Positions 1 to 13,349 are shown, counted from the first letter of the stretch. The stretch: DNA of 64,000 nt from Hormiphora californensis (GCA_020137815.1 CM035350.1:868001-932000), one strand, 5' to 3'. Notes: a model not told the origin generated them from the letters alone. Program-made: numbers and translations.

Positions 1-278
1 GGGGGGGTGGAGATTAGTAAAACAGTAAAAACACTGCCACCTTGTACAAAATGTTTATAAAGCCCAAAATATGAAAATAAAATGTGAAAACCCATATATC
101 ATGTCATTTTAAAATATATATCAAAATAATAAACTCAATAAATAATAAACCGCTGTTAGAAATAAAGATATGTAAAAGATTTATAAAGTTTTCTCGACAT
201 AGGTACAAAATAAACTAAAGATATTTTTCTAAACTATCATCTAACCAGCTCAGCTGGTGTTACAAAGCTACATATTAT

Positions 279-541
279 CTAGTACTCATCTAGTACTCAT
301 CTAGTACTGATCTAGTACTCATTTAGTACTCATCTAGTACTCATCTAGTACTCATTTAGTACTCATCTAGTACTCATCTAGTACTCATCTAGTACTCATC
401 TAGTACTCATCTAGTACTCATCTAGTACTCATCTAGTACTAATCTAGTACTCATCTAGTACTAATCTAGTACTCATCTAGTACTCATCTAGTACTCATCT
501 AGTACTCATCTAGTACTCATCTAGTACTCATCTAGTACTCA
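279..541. repeat. 11-bp minisatellite (CTAGTACTCAT)n, about 24 copies, overlapping the PLOD-like stop codon
   Basis: Direct reading. On the minus strand the unit is ATGAGTACTAG, the gene's last codons (DEY*). Confidence 0.95.
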
Positions 542-3500
542 TCGGGGTCGAATGAAGCTGATAGGTAGAGAAACATGCCAGTAGTGGGGTGGATAGGTTT
601 AGCGGTGTGGGTCACTCTACCAGGGAACAACAGGATATCTCCAACCTCAACATCTTCAACTGTACAGTTCTGCCGGTAGAACGAGAACCTCTCCTTCTCA
701 CTGGGAAAGGAGGAGGATGTTAGAACTCGATAAACAAGATACAAGGGCATTGATTGAATGGGGACTGGTAACTAGGATTACGGTGATTGGTAATTAGAAT
801 GGTAACTAGAATGGGATGACTAATAATTAGAACGATAACTATAGAACAGTGACATACTCTTCTTGGTAGGGGTTATTAAGAGGCATAATCAGCTGGTAGG
901 CAGCAGGATTTCCAGTTAACTGTCGTGATCCTTCACTTCCCTCAACCTGATGAGATAATAAATAGGACTAGAAGGGAAACAAAACAAAACAAAACAAAGG
1001 AGGAAGGAAAGGGGCCGTACCTCGTGTATCCTCAGATCGTATAGTTTGTGTTTGGGTGTGTATTGATGGAATAGGTCACTGATCACATGAGTAGAAAGCC
1101 TCATTAACACATCAACCAATGTCGTGTTATAGGGAGTCTGTCTGAGGGACACAGGGAGGGTGTTTAGAATGAATTAGAGCATACTAACATCCAAATCAAC
1201 TCACTCTAAATCATATCCGGGGCGTTGATATTTCTCTGGTTTCTCCTGATATCCTACAATCTTAGAACCGAGGGCAGCCACCAGATCCTTTCCAAAGTTT
1301 TCCTTCAAAACACCGCTAGCTTTGTGGATGTGAGCACTACAGCTCGTCTTGACAAAATCTTCTGTCTTAGGAACCTGGAGAAGAAGTTGGATCAGAGGAC
1401 AAGAAGTTGTCGAATCAAAACTGGACATGTGTCAGGTTGCATGTGTGATAGGAACTGCGTGTGTGTAGAGTTTACCAGCGCGCGCACTATCACGTGACAC
1501 CCCCTCTTGTGAAGGGTTCAGAGATCGCGCGCGGCTCACTAACTCAACCCAACTGTGACAATGGGGCACAACATGTCTCTACGGAAAACATGGAATATGC
1601 CACGCACACAATTTTACCTTGAGTATGTACTTAGTTTCCCAGTCCTGTGTGGCATTCCTATAGAACAGGAGGTCATTAAGAGTTGACGGCTCTTTCAGCC
1701 AACCCCAGGGTCTCTCATTACTGAGAAACATTGGTACAGAGTGCTCGTGTAGAGATTTACACAGTGATATCTCAGGGTCAAAGTGGCTGCTGTCATACAC
1801 CTCCCAATCCCGCATAGAGAGAGCCACAGAACGGGTCACCAGGTACATATTACGGGTACAAGATACGGGGAATACACCACGGACCTGAAATAGAAGGGAT
1901 GTTAGGGGTTAAAGCCAATAAAACACCTTTATTCAGCCTTGGTACCCTTGCTATTTCCCATCTCATTTCAAGGGTTTTACCCCAGACAAGCTCAAGGGGG
2001 AACCTGCACGTGCAAAAGGTACTCCAAGCCCCATGTAACCATAGCTACAGTGGCACACATTAAAGGGTAAGGGACCTTTTGTAGCCGCACGTGCATCATT
2101 TCTCTTTGTTTCTGCTGTTGTTTTGTCTTGTCTCTCTGATCTCTCATCCAAGATCCGACCATGCCACCATCACACAACTTCAAAATTACACAGAGGAACC
2201 ATTTCAAGGTAAGAAAAGGATCAATAACAGCACATTCTCAACCAATTTAAATCACGAGTTTCAAATCCCGCTTTGATTCAGCAATCAGCTCAATAGCTCT
2301 ATGATGTGTTATCCTACACTAATCTGATCTATAATCATCTCAGGAAAGGAGCATCAAGTGGAACATCAAGTGGAACATCAAGTGGAATACCAAGTGGAAC
2401 ATCAAGTGAGATCCCGATCAATAACTTCATCAAACCTCTGGAATTCATCAAACAGATATGTGAACATTTTTATTCAGATGGGGGGGTCCAATGTTTTTGT
2501 TTTTTTGGCGCGATTAAAATTAAGATGATGATTCAAAAAGTAAAAAAAACCCATGTACCAATCCCATTGGGACGCGACAATTACTTCTCAAGCCAGCAGA
2601 GTCAATTATTCATTCTGCTCGGGTTTACAACCCGGAAATCACTAATACAGTCTTGGTAAGTGTCTAGGAATCGGAGAATGTAACTTCACATCGTTGAACA
2701 ACTTTTATACACCTCAATCTGGCCCAACCAAAATTACTCGAATAATGCTCATAGAGGCATAGCCTAAATACTGTCGTACAGTGAAACATCCAGGCTTGTT
2801 TACTTAAACTTTGACCATTGACCTCCTTCGATTCTTTGAGAGTGAAATCAAAGGACGATCTTTTACAGGGCTCAGAAGCCGACATTTCCAACATACCTAC
2901 TTCTAAGTTTTGTTCCCCAGTAGGACTTAGAGTCCTAAAAACAAGTTAGAAAAGTTGGTACACCTTTCCTCTAAGGGTCTAAAAGAGCACTTAGAAGCCA
3001 ACATTTCTCCAACTTGTTTTTGGGTTTTCAAAGCCACAAACAAGTTGGAGAAGTTGAATAAAGCAATGATTTACTAGTTTTATTCTGCTTCTAAAACACT
3101 GTTTTACTTTTAAAGTAAGACATATAACAGGCCTGTCTAGTTTTTACCCGACCCTTCTTTGATTCTCTGAGAGTGAAATCAAAGGAGGGTCGGGTATAAA
3201 CTAACCTCGGCAGTCCTCACTTCTGACGGTCTTTTAGAGAGCTCAGAAGACGACATTTCCAACAAATTTCTGGGATTTGTTCCCCAGTAGGACTTCGAGT
3301 CCTAAAAAAAGTTGGAAAAGTTGGTACACCTTTCCTCTGAGGGTCTAAAAGAGCACTTAGAAGCAAACATTTCTCCAACTTGTTTTTCCCTGCCCGGGTG
3401 AATGCCCGTAGGGCATCCATCTGTAATCCGGATGATCTTTTTAGCAACAAGTCTGCTCCTTCATAAATCTTTCATCTCACGCTTCGTTGATGCAACAAAA

Positions 3501-6500
3501 GAAATTATTAACATACATTGTGGTACATTGTGGTATGTAATTACTCACTTATAGCACTTCCTACTTTCACCTGAAATCACCATGGGGGCCCTACAGACAT
3601 GCCATGAAGTGGTAGAACATCTTCAAGCATGAAACTACTATCACACAGTTGCAAGCGACTCTAGTTAAGATGAGGTTAAAGTTGAATCACTTGTTAACCA
3701 ACAAGGGTCTCCTAAGCAACTGCCTTGGTTACCATAGTAATTGTCTTGGTTACCATAGTAACTGTCTTAGTTACCATAACATCTGCATTGGTTACCATAG
3801 CAACTACCTTAGATACCATAGTAAATATAACATTGCATCAGCCAAAAAATGCTCTTTGATCAAAAAATTCATCGAAAAACCCAGTTTTGAAGCTTAATCA
3901 TCAATTTTATACCCATTTGTGGCAGGGAAACACCGCATTATGAATACATAATGCAATAATTCTTGTTGAGTTTTCAAAGCCTAAAAACAAATTGGAGAAG
4001 TTGAATAAAGCAATGATTTACTAGTTTTATTCTGCTTCTAAAACACTGTTTTACTTTTACAGTAAGACATCGAGGCCTGTCTAATTTTTACCCGACCCTT
4101 CTTTGATTCTCTGAGAGTGAAATCAAAGGAGGGTCGGGTATAAACTAACCTCGGCAGTCCTCACTTCTGACGGTCTTTTAGAGAGCTCAGAAGACGACAT
4201 TTCCAACAAATTTCTGGGATTTGTTCCCCAGTAGGACTTCGAGTCCTAAAAAAGTTGGAAAAGTTGGTACACCTTTCCTCTGAGGGTCTAAAAGAGCACT
4301 TAGAAGCAAACATTTCTCCGACTTGTTTTTCCCTGCCCGGGTGAATGCCCGTAGGGCATCCATCTGTAATCCGGATGATCTTTTTAGCAACAAGTCTGCT
4401 CCTTCATAAATCTTTCATCTCACGCTTCGTTGATGCAACAAAAGAAATTATTAACATACATTGTGGTACATTGTGGTATGTAATTACTCACTTATAGCAC
4501 TTCCTACTTTCACCTGAAATCACCATGGGGGCCCTACAGACATGCCATGAAGTGGTAGAACATCTTCAAGCATGAAACTACTATCACACAGTTGCAAGCG
4601 ACTCTAGTTAAGATGAGGTTAAAGTTGAATCACTTGTTAACCAACAAGGGTCTCCTAAGCAACTGCCTTGGTTACCATAGTAATTGTCTTGGTTACCATA
4701 GTAACTGTCTTAGTTACCATAACATCTGCATTGGTTACCATAGCAACTACCTTAGATACCATAGTAAATATAACATTGCATCAGCCAAAAAATGCTCTTT
4801 GATCAAAAAATTCATCGAAAAACCCAGTTTTGAAGCTTAATCATCAATTTTATACCCATTTGTGGCAGGGAAACACCGCATTATGAATACATAATGCAAT
4901 AATTCTTGTTGGGTTTTCAAAGCCTAAAAACAAATTGGAGAAGTTGAATAAAGCAATGATTTACTAGTTTTATTCTGCTTCTAAAACACTGTTTTACTTT
5001 TACAGTAAGACATCGAGGCCTGTCTAATTTTTACCCGACCCTTCTTTGATTCTCTGAGAGTGAAATCAAAGGAGGGTCGGGTATAAACTAACCTCGGCAG
5101 TCCTCACTTCTGACGGTCTTTTAGAGAGCTCAGAAGACGACATTTCCAACAAATTTCTGGGATTTGTTCCCCAGTAGGACTTCGAGTCCTAAAAAACTAA
5201 AAACAAGTTGGAAAAGTCGGTACACCTTTCCTCTGAGGGTCTAAAAGAGCACTTAGAAGCCAACATTTCTCCGACTTGTTTTTGGGTTTTCAAAGCCTAA
5301 AAACAAATTGGAGAAGTGGAATAAAGCAATGATTTACTAGTTTTATTCTGCTTTTAAAACACTGTTTTACTTTTACAGTAAGACATATAACAGGCCTGTC
5401 TAGTCATGGCGCTGGCAAGCGCCCAGGGCCCAATCCTCCCTCCCCCAACCAATATTCCCCTAAATTTATACCCGACCCTTCTTCGATTCTCTGAGAGTGA
5501 AATCAAAGGAGGGTCGGGTATAAACTAACCTCGGCAGTCCTCACTTCTGACGGTCTTTTAGAGAGCTCAGAAGCCGATATTTCCAACTAATATCTGGGTT
5601 TTGTTCCCCAGTAGGACTTCGAGTCCTAAAAAACTAAAAACAAGTTGGAAAAGTTGGTACACCTTTCCTCTGAGGGTCTAAAAGAGCACTTAGAAGCAAA
5701 CACTTCTCCGACTTGTTTTTGGGTTTTCAAAGCCACAAACAAGTTGGAGAAGTGGAATAAAGCAATGATTTACTAGTTTTATTCTGCTTCTAAAACACTG
5801 TTTTACTTTTACAGTAAGACATATAACAGACCTGTCTAGTTTTTACCCGACCCTTCTTCGATTCTCTGAGAGTGAAATCAAAGGAGGGTCGGGTATAAAC
5901 TAACCTCGGCAGTCCTCACTTCTGACGGTCTTTTAGAGAGCTCAGAAGCCGACATTTCCAACAAATTTCTGGGATTGGTTTCCCAAGTGGAAAAGCAGAA
6001 TAAAGCAATGATTTGCTAGTTTTATTCACACATATCAAGCTTTGTACGGGATTATTTCCCAAGGCCCACCATTGAACTAAAAGAGTATTGCTAAAATTTT
6101 AGATGTAATTTTGGAATGGAAACTACTACGTTGCCAAATATGTACTTGAATCACCGAGGCAAAGCGTTACCTTTCACAACTCCAAAAGACTCACAGAGGC
6201 AAAGCGTTACCTTTCATCTTCTTCTACGAGGACGCTGGCTAACTTGCGAAGCACTAGCCAGTAAGGGGTGGGTGCCATGAGGCTCCCGTTCCCCGTCCTG
6301 GGTGATGTGGCTGGTATGTTGCCAAGCTGCTTACGTTACCTTTCATCACTCTAGTTAGACTCGCAGAGGCAAAACATTACCTTTCATCACTCTAGTTCGC
6401 AGAGGAAAAGCGTTACCTTCCACAACTCCAAAAAGACTCACAGAGGCAAAGCGTTACCATTCATCACTCCAAAAAACTCGCAAAGGCAAAGCGTTACCTT

Positions 6501-9500
6501 TCATCACTCTATTTAGACTCGCAGAGGCAAAGCGTTACCTTCCACAACTCCAAAAAGACTCACAGAGGCAAAGCGTTACCATTCAATACTCTAGTTAGAC
6601 TCGCAGAGGCAAAGCGTTACCTTTCACCATTCAATTCTGGATTTTATGACAGGTTTGGCTTTTTGGTCCTTCTTTTCTATCATCTTGGCAGAAAGACTTG
6701 CAAAGGTAAAGCGTTACCTTTCATCACTCCAAAAAACTCGCAAAGGCAAAGCGTTACCTTTCATCACTCTAGTTAGATTCGCAGAGGCAAAGCGTTACCT
6801 TTCATCACTCTATTTAGACTCGCAGAGGCAAAGCGTTACCTTCCACAACTCCAAAAAGACTCACCGAGGCAAAGCGTTACCATTCATCACTCTAGTTAGA
6901 CTCGCAGAGGCAAAGCGTTACCTTTCACCATTCAATTCTGGATTTTATGACAGGTTTGGTTTTTTGGTCCTTCTTTTCTATAATCATCTTGGCAGAAAGA
7001 CTCGCAGAGGCAAAGCGTTACCTTTCATCACTCCAAAAAGACTCGCAGAGGCAAAGCGTTACCTTTCATCACTCTAGTTAGATTCGCAGAGGCAAAGCGT
7101 TACCTTTCATCACTCTATTTAGACTCACAGAGGCAAAGCGTTACCTTCCACAACTCCAAAAAGACTCACAGAGGCAAAGCGTTACCTTTCATCACTCTAA
7201 AATACTCGCAAAGGCAAAGCGTTACCTTTTATCACTCCAAAAAGACTCGCAGAGGCAAAGCGTTACCTTTCACAACTCCAAAAAGACTAGCAGAGGCAAA
7301 GCGTTACCTTTCATCAATCTAGTTAGATTCGCAGAGGCAAAGCGTTACCTTTCACAACTTCAAAAAGACTCGCAGAGGCAAAGCGTTACCTTTCATCACT
7401 CCAAAAAGACTCGCAGAGGCAAAGCGTTACCTTTCATCACTCTAGTTAGACTCGCAGAGGCAAAGCGTTACCTTTCACCATTCTATTCTGGATTTTATGA
7501 TAGGTTTGGTTTTTGGTCCTTTTTTTCTATCATCTTGACAGAAAGACTCGCAGAGGCAAAGCGTTACCTTTCATCACTCCAAAAAGACTCGCAGAGGCAA
7601 AAAGTTACCTTTCATCACTCTAGTTAGACTCGCAGAGGGAAAGCGTTACCTTTCATCACTCTAGGTAGACTCGCAGAGACAAAGCGTTACCTTTCACAAC
7701 TTCAAAAAGACTCGCAGAGGCAAAGCGTTACCTTTCATCACTCCAAAAAGACTCGCAGAGGCAAAGCGTTACCTTTGACCATTTTGAAAATACACGCAGA
7801 GGGAAAGCGTTACCTTTCATCACTCTAGGTAGACTCGCAGAGGCAAAACGTTACCTTTCATAACTCCAAAAAGACTCGCAGAGGCAAAATTTTACCTTTC
7901 ATTGCTCAATTGACAAACTTACACCTTGTCCACACAAAGATGAATATATGTATCATCATTTACACACCAGGATTTATAGATCAGAATACACAGTATGTGC
8001 ATCTATTTGGGGGGGGGGGGGGTGGCAAAATTATCGCGAAAAAATTGGATCAAAAACAGCCAGATTAAATAGGCCAAAAAAGCCATAAAAATTGTTCGAG
8101 TAAAACTCCGATCAAAAAGGCAAAAAGGCCAGATCATAAAACAGCCAGATCAAAAACAGCCAGATTATAAAATAGCCAGATCAAAAACAGCCAGATCAAA
8201 AACAGCCAGATCATAAAACAGCCAGATCAAAAACAGTCAGATCAAAAAACAGCCAGATCAAAAACAGCCAGATCAAAAACAGCCAGATCAAAAAATTCAG
8301 ATCAAAAAACAGCCAGATCAAAAACAGCCAGATCAAAAACAGCCAGATCAAAACAGCCAGATCCAAAACAGCCAGAACAAAAACAGCCAGATCAAAAAAC
8401 AGCCAGATCAAAAAATAGTCAGATCAAAAAAAAGCCAGATAAAAAGAGGCCGAAAAAGCCACAAAAAACTGATCGAGTAAAACTCCGATCAAAAAGGCAA
8501 AAAGGCCAGATCATAAAACAGCCAGATCAAAAACAGCCAGATCAACAAAAAAAAACAGCCAGATCTAAAAACAGCCAGATCAAAAACGGTCAAAAAGGAT
8601 AAATGCCAAAAAATATCGAAACCCCCCCCCCCCCCATATATCCACTTAGTATACAAAGTATCATGATTAGTGATTATGCCCTATGAACTTTTCGAAGGAT
8701 GAATTTGTTACGAGTTGGTGCTCGTCGGTTACGACACTAAGAGGAGCTTCTAAAATAATGTCATTTCACAATGTTGAAATATCAAGTTTTGTAAGGGATT
8801 CTATCCCAACTAAAGATCGGAGCAGTGATAACCAAGTTAGTGATAACCAAGTGCGTCCTAAAGTTCAGGAAAAGGTGGGTATGGTAAGTATGGTGAGTAT
8901 CTTGCTGATTGATTGTTATCTGATATTGATTGCTATTCCGATGATCTCTATACCAATCTTTGATTGTGATGAGTGAGGGCATCCACCAATGCAGTACACT
9001 CCGCTGGGGCTGGACAGATCTTGAGATAAACAGAGTTTAGGGATCTGGACCCCTAAACTTTGTTTATGTCATCCTCTGGCCAGCACCAGTTAGTATACTG
9101 CATCGGTGGGTGTAAACTACACCTCAGGGTCCCAATGACTGAGCACAATCACAACTCCATAACTAATCCAGCTATGATCTAACACTCACACTTTCAGAGA
9201 AGATATTGTCGTAGTCCCCTGAGCGGGTGTAACTCCAAGATAACAGATCGTATCCTCCCCAGAAATTACTCCAAGCTGTACCATCGTTCTTTTTCACTGT
9301 GTAGAGGAAAACTATTAGGAGAATTAAATACCAGAGACACAGCTGGAAACAAGTTGAAATGTTAGAAAGCTGTCAAAGTTCTGAAGATAACAAAAATATT
9401 GAAGCTAAAGCGGATCGGTTCTTCTGATTCTAAATTTTAATGATTTCTTTCTGCTAGTTTATTACACTGGCAAAACAAAACTTGAGTTCAATACTTTTGT

Positions 9501-11599
9501 CAGTAAAACTGTTGGTACAATGAAACTTGACCCCGATGATATGACACAAGCATACTACGAACTGCTTAATCTTTAGCACGTACCAAACAAACATACAGCC
9601 CTAACATTTAAAAACATTCGAAACATCCAAAATAAGATACAAAACAACATTCCAAAACTCACACATGGGACTGACAAGTGGTTTCTGGAGGTCCACTAGT
9701 TTAGTAATGGTATCACGTGTAATGTACACACTGGTATCTAGGTACAGGTACATGTCCGCTCCACTCTCTGCAAAGAGTCCCAGGAAACTGTGCCTCACAT
9801 CATGGTCTTCATCATCAAACTCCTGGAATAAGTGGGGGGGGGGTTGGAGGGAGATGGAATGAGGGGAGAGGGGGGGGGTTGGTAGAGTTAGAGGCAATTT
9901 GTGGGGAGAGGTTGTGGGTGATACTATTGAATGGGGTGTGGTGTATTATTTACAGTTAGAGGACCAGGGAGACAGGGTTGTTGTCAGTTGTAGAGAGTGG
10001 ATTGTCGAATGAAGGGGGAGTAGGATGGTTCATGGAGGACGTGGAGCAGAGATGGCCATGCTGTTGGTACTATATATTACAATCGAATCTGAATTATAAT
10101 GAAATGCACTAAATATCAACACTCCTATATAATTGTGTGTGGTTGGCTTACATACTGACTCCCCGCCAAATACTGCTCCTTACAGATCTTGAATACTTGA
10201 ATATGACAATGACCAAGTGCATGAATTACTAAGTGAGCTACAAGCAATGAGTGGTGAGTACTGAGTAATATGCAATGAGATGAGAGGGGCTGATTCAACA
10301 CCTTGTAAATTACAGTGAGAGTGGACACCGGTACCTTGTCCGTGTATGAGATGTCTTTAAAGTAGGGGTTGTAGAACTGCTTCATCAGGGGTTCCTCATA
10401 CGCTGAGTAGAATACCAACTCCACAATACTCCTATCATACTCCATCAACTCCAAACTCTCTAACAAGTTAGCCAAGAAAGACACCTGCTCAATCGCATGT
10501 ACCTGCAGGTTGGATGTGTTGGCATGGTGCCACGGTTACCATGGCAACTGAGATGTATAACAACTTACCACAATAAACAGAGATGGCTTGGTACGAGTAG
10601 TTACCCGTTCACATAGAGTACAGGTAGTGCGAGTTACTGCGTTACCCACATATCTTGATACCTGGAATATTGCAAAGTTCTTACACCGCAGTCCGCAATA
10701 CAATGGCGTTTAGTTTGGCAGTATTTCATGAACTTTAGGAACTGTCATTCTTTAAATTCCAACTCAGTACCTCAGAGAAGAGAGGAGCTGCAGCTGGGGA
10801 AGACAAGAGAACAATATGAGGTTTAGTTTTGTCCATCAGCAATGTGTTATTCTGCTCCTCAAACGTCATTTCAACTGTAACAGATTCACAAGTTAGAACT
10901 TTGTAAATCCCTAGACCTTGCTTTGTGAACTTCAGTACTACCTTTCTGTAGATTTTTCTCGTTCACAGGACCCACTATGTTCCCATTTCTATCAAGAACA
11001 ATGTTCTTGTCACTGGCTAGATATCGCTCTGTCAGGCTATCCTGGAGATTCCCCAGATCCAGTCCTGCTAGATCAGATCCCCGACCAATAACCACAGAGC
11101 TATCCAGATAGGGGTACTTCCTGATATAAAGAGAAGTTACTGGGGGGTTTGAGTTAAAGGAAGTTGGAAAGAGGGATCGGGATGAGAAATGCATACCCTA
11201 GTATCCCCTTGTAATCGTCACAGCTGGTTATGCAGCTAGCAGATCCTGATACCACCACATCACCAAACTTGGTTTCAAGCCCTGTTAGAGAGTTAAACAG
11301 TACTTTCTTTCCAGACGACACCAGCACAAACGTCTCTTCAGGCAGTTCTGAAAATAAATTACAGTTAATATGTGCAGTGGCCCGTGGTTATACTAAGGAG
11401 GAATGATTGTTCGAGATTTCTAACAAACATTAAACAGACCTGTGAAAGTTTTGCCGATGTTAGTTGACTCTAACAGATTTCCACCAAGAGAAGAAATAGT
11501 ATGCCTCACGACTGTATTTGTGTACAAATCGGGTTGTTGAAATAGCACAGACAAAGCTTGTACATCACCAACAATACAAAGCAGGAGCAGCACAAACAT
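532..11599 (-). CDS. Multi-exon procollagen lysyl hydroxylase/glycosyltransferase (PLOD/LH3)-like protein with degenerate catalytic motifs
   Basis: Signal peptide MFVLLLLCIVG. Exons resemble PLOD in order: KYPYLDSSVVIG (cf. KRFLNSGGFIG), SFLANLLESLELMEYD, YLYLDTSVYIT..PLVSPM, WSNFWGG..YTRSGDY (near 9200-9290), VRGVFPVSCTRNMYLV, and C-terminal FYRQNC..LFPGRVTH..SASFDP. One intron of about 7.3 kb (about 1886-9190) is repeat-filled. Confidence 0.8.
3383..3967 (+). mobile_element. Non-autonomous Helentron-type (HINE/DINE-like) element, copy 1
   Basis: T-run then subTIR CCCTGCC with a 5' hairpin; 3' subTIR GGCAGGG, stem-loop GCATTATG-AATA-CATAATGC, ends CTTGTT. Inserted in a T-run with no TSD. 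Confidence 0.7.
4325..4910 (+). mobile_element. HINE-like element, copy 2 (duplicated together with its host unit)
   Basis: Essentially identical to 3383-3967, at the same position in the next unit. Confidence 0.7.
6150..7900. repeat. ~41-bp minisatellite (AGACTCGCAGAGGCAAAGCGTTACCTTTCATCACTCCAAAA) with higher-order variants
   Basis: Conserved core with a few alternating tails. A longer insert (CCATTCAATTCTGG...) recurs three times. Confidence 0.9.
8008..8636. repeat. ~16-bp repeat (AAAACAGCCAGATCA) between poly-G and poly-C ends, probably a non-autonomous TIR element
   Basis: Repeat read directly. G-run at 8008 and C-run at about 8622-8635. Confidence 0.6.
8982..9110. repeat. Imperfect ~130-bp palindrome (MITE-like)
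   Basis: CCACCAATGCAGTACACT...AGTATACTGCATCGGTGG and an inner pair ATAAACAGAGTTTAGGG/CCCTAAACTTTGTTTAT. Confidence 0.55.
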
Positions 11600-11836
11600 T
11601 CTAAAAGTATTTGGGGATCTTAGATAAGTGTTCAAATTCAGACCCTCGCCTCGATTGTTGGCCTACACTGCAGTCGATTGTATCAAGCAGATTTTATGTC
11701 CAAGCCTACAAACGCGGTTTGGAACTTGTTGTGATTGGCATCACGGTTTGTGTCTCCTAGGCCCTGGCTCCTGGCGGCTGGCGGCTCTTGAATCTTTTTA
11801 CGTGTCGTTTTGAAGTCAGAGCAGATGAATGATGAT

Positions 11837-12086
11837 GGGCCAGCGTTAAAATCTGGGTGTTTCGTGAGTGCTGACAAACGGTTTTTTAGGGTTAGGGCTA
11901 AAGTAGGGTTAGGGTTAGGGTTGGGGTTTGGGTTGGGGTTAGGCCTTGACATTCCCTAACAGATAAACTTTGAATTAGCCAAAACGGTTGAGTGATTCGG
12001 CGGTTAGAGCCGTTTTAGTGAATCAACTTTTTTGGCAGCGCGCACCTGTAAACAGGCCACCAAACACCCAGATCGTAACGGCGCCC
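11837..12086. mobile_element. 250-bp MITE with internal (TTAGGG)n-like repeats
   Basis: Imperfect ~30-bp TIRs (GGGC..CGTTA..ATCTGGGTGTTT); 8-bp TSD ATGATGAT at 11829-11836 and 12087-12094. Confidence 0.8.
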
Positions 12087-12376
12087 ATGATGATGCGGAC
12101 AAAAGAATAGTTAAATGTTAATCATGGATGGTGTGGAAATGAGCAATTAACAAAACCTCAGCCCACATCGGTCCCCCGTCGAAAACAGAATTTTAAAATT
12201 TTAAAAAGTTTTAAAAAGTTTTGAAAATTTGAAAATTTTGAAATATCTGTACCAGCTCAGCCAAATACAGTTAAGGGTATTTTATGTAACGCGCTAAGTT
12301 TTTTAATTTTACGATGCTTGCCGTAGCGCGCGACCAGAAAGTAAGAACTGAAAAACTTTGAGACTTTTTAAAACCT

Positions 12377-12518
12377 TTTTAAAGTGAAAGCGAAACAACA
12401 ACGAACTGGCTGCGCGTCGCGCATTCGTTGCACATAACGATCTCACCGGAGAGATTCACATGCGCAACGTTGCGGGACGCGCAGCCAGTTCGTTGTTGTT
12501 TCGCTTACACTTTAAAAT
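12377..12518. repeat. ~140-bp hairpin/inverted repeat
   Basis: AAGCGAAACAACAACGAACTGGCTGCGCGTC ... GACGCGCAGCCAGTTCGTTGTTGTTTCGCTT. Confidence 0.75.
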
Positions 12519-12879
12519 TTGATGTTTTTACTTTTTTTCGAAAATAATGTCCATTTTTTTTCAACTGTTCACCCCCCAAAGTCGTGCGCGAAATTTTTTT
12601 GCGCGTTTATCACATGTTAACGTGTAGCGCGCGCAGCGTAATTTAAAATATCGCACGCGCACGAGTTGAGGGGTGAACAGTTGAATAAAAATGGACTTTA
12701 AAAGGTAGAAAGTTTGGCTGTGGTGCTCCTGATAAGTGATATGACTGTCTGCGGCCTTTCTGATATGTTAATACGATCAATATGTGTGTTAAGTTGATAT
12801 TTTGCTGGTTTAATCGATAATTTAATATGGTGTGGCGTGGCAAATTGGGTCCGATTTAAATTTTCATGGCTGTGATGAG

Positions 12880-13349
12880 TATGGCGGCGCATTGACGCAA
12901 AATCAAAAAAAAATAAAAACATGAAAAAAATAAAAAAACGTGTTTCAAAAAACATGTTTTTAAAAAAAAATGTTTTCGAAAATTTTGATTTTGCGTCAAT
13001 GCGCCACGTAAGCCGGCTCAATGACGCAAAATCATGTTTTCGAAAATTTTTATTTTGCGTCAATGCGCCACGTGGCCGGCGCATTGACGCAAAATCAAAA
13101 TTTTCGGAAAAAAAACATGTTTTCGAAAATGTTGATTTTGCGTCATTGAGCCGGCGACGTGGCGCATTAACACAAAATCAAAATGTTCGAAAACATGATT
13201 TTGCGTCATTGAGCCGGCTTACGTGGCGCATTGACGCAAAATCAAAATTTTCGAAAACATATTTTTTTTAAAACATGTTTTTTGAAACACGTTTTTAATT
13301 TTTTTTCACGTTTTTTACTTTTTTGATTTTGCGTCAATGCGCCGCCATA
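12880..13349. mobile_element. Foldback MITE with nested GCGCATTGACGCAAAATCA repeats
   Basis: Long TIRs starting TATGGCGGCGCATTGACGC; 6-bp direct repeat GATGAG at 12874-12879 and 13350-13355. Confidence 0.8.

Larger units (their letters stand above)
2820..6030. repeat. Tandem array of a ~370-bp unit containing a ~60-bp hairpin (TACCCGACCCTTC...GGAGGGTCGGGTA), possibly Helentron-derived
   Basis: The unit start TTTACCCGACCCTTC recurs near 3140, 4087, 5030, 5468 and 5840. Two units are lengthened to about 943 bp by an inserted element. Confidence 0.8.

Noticed and set aside
6150-7900. CRISPR-like array (conserved core with variable tails)
   Set aside because: The tails are short and recurrent rather than unique spacers, there are no cas genes, and the context is a eukaryotic intron.
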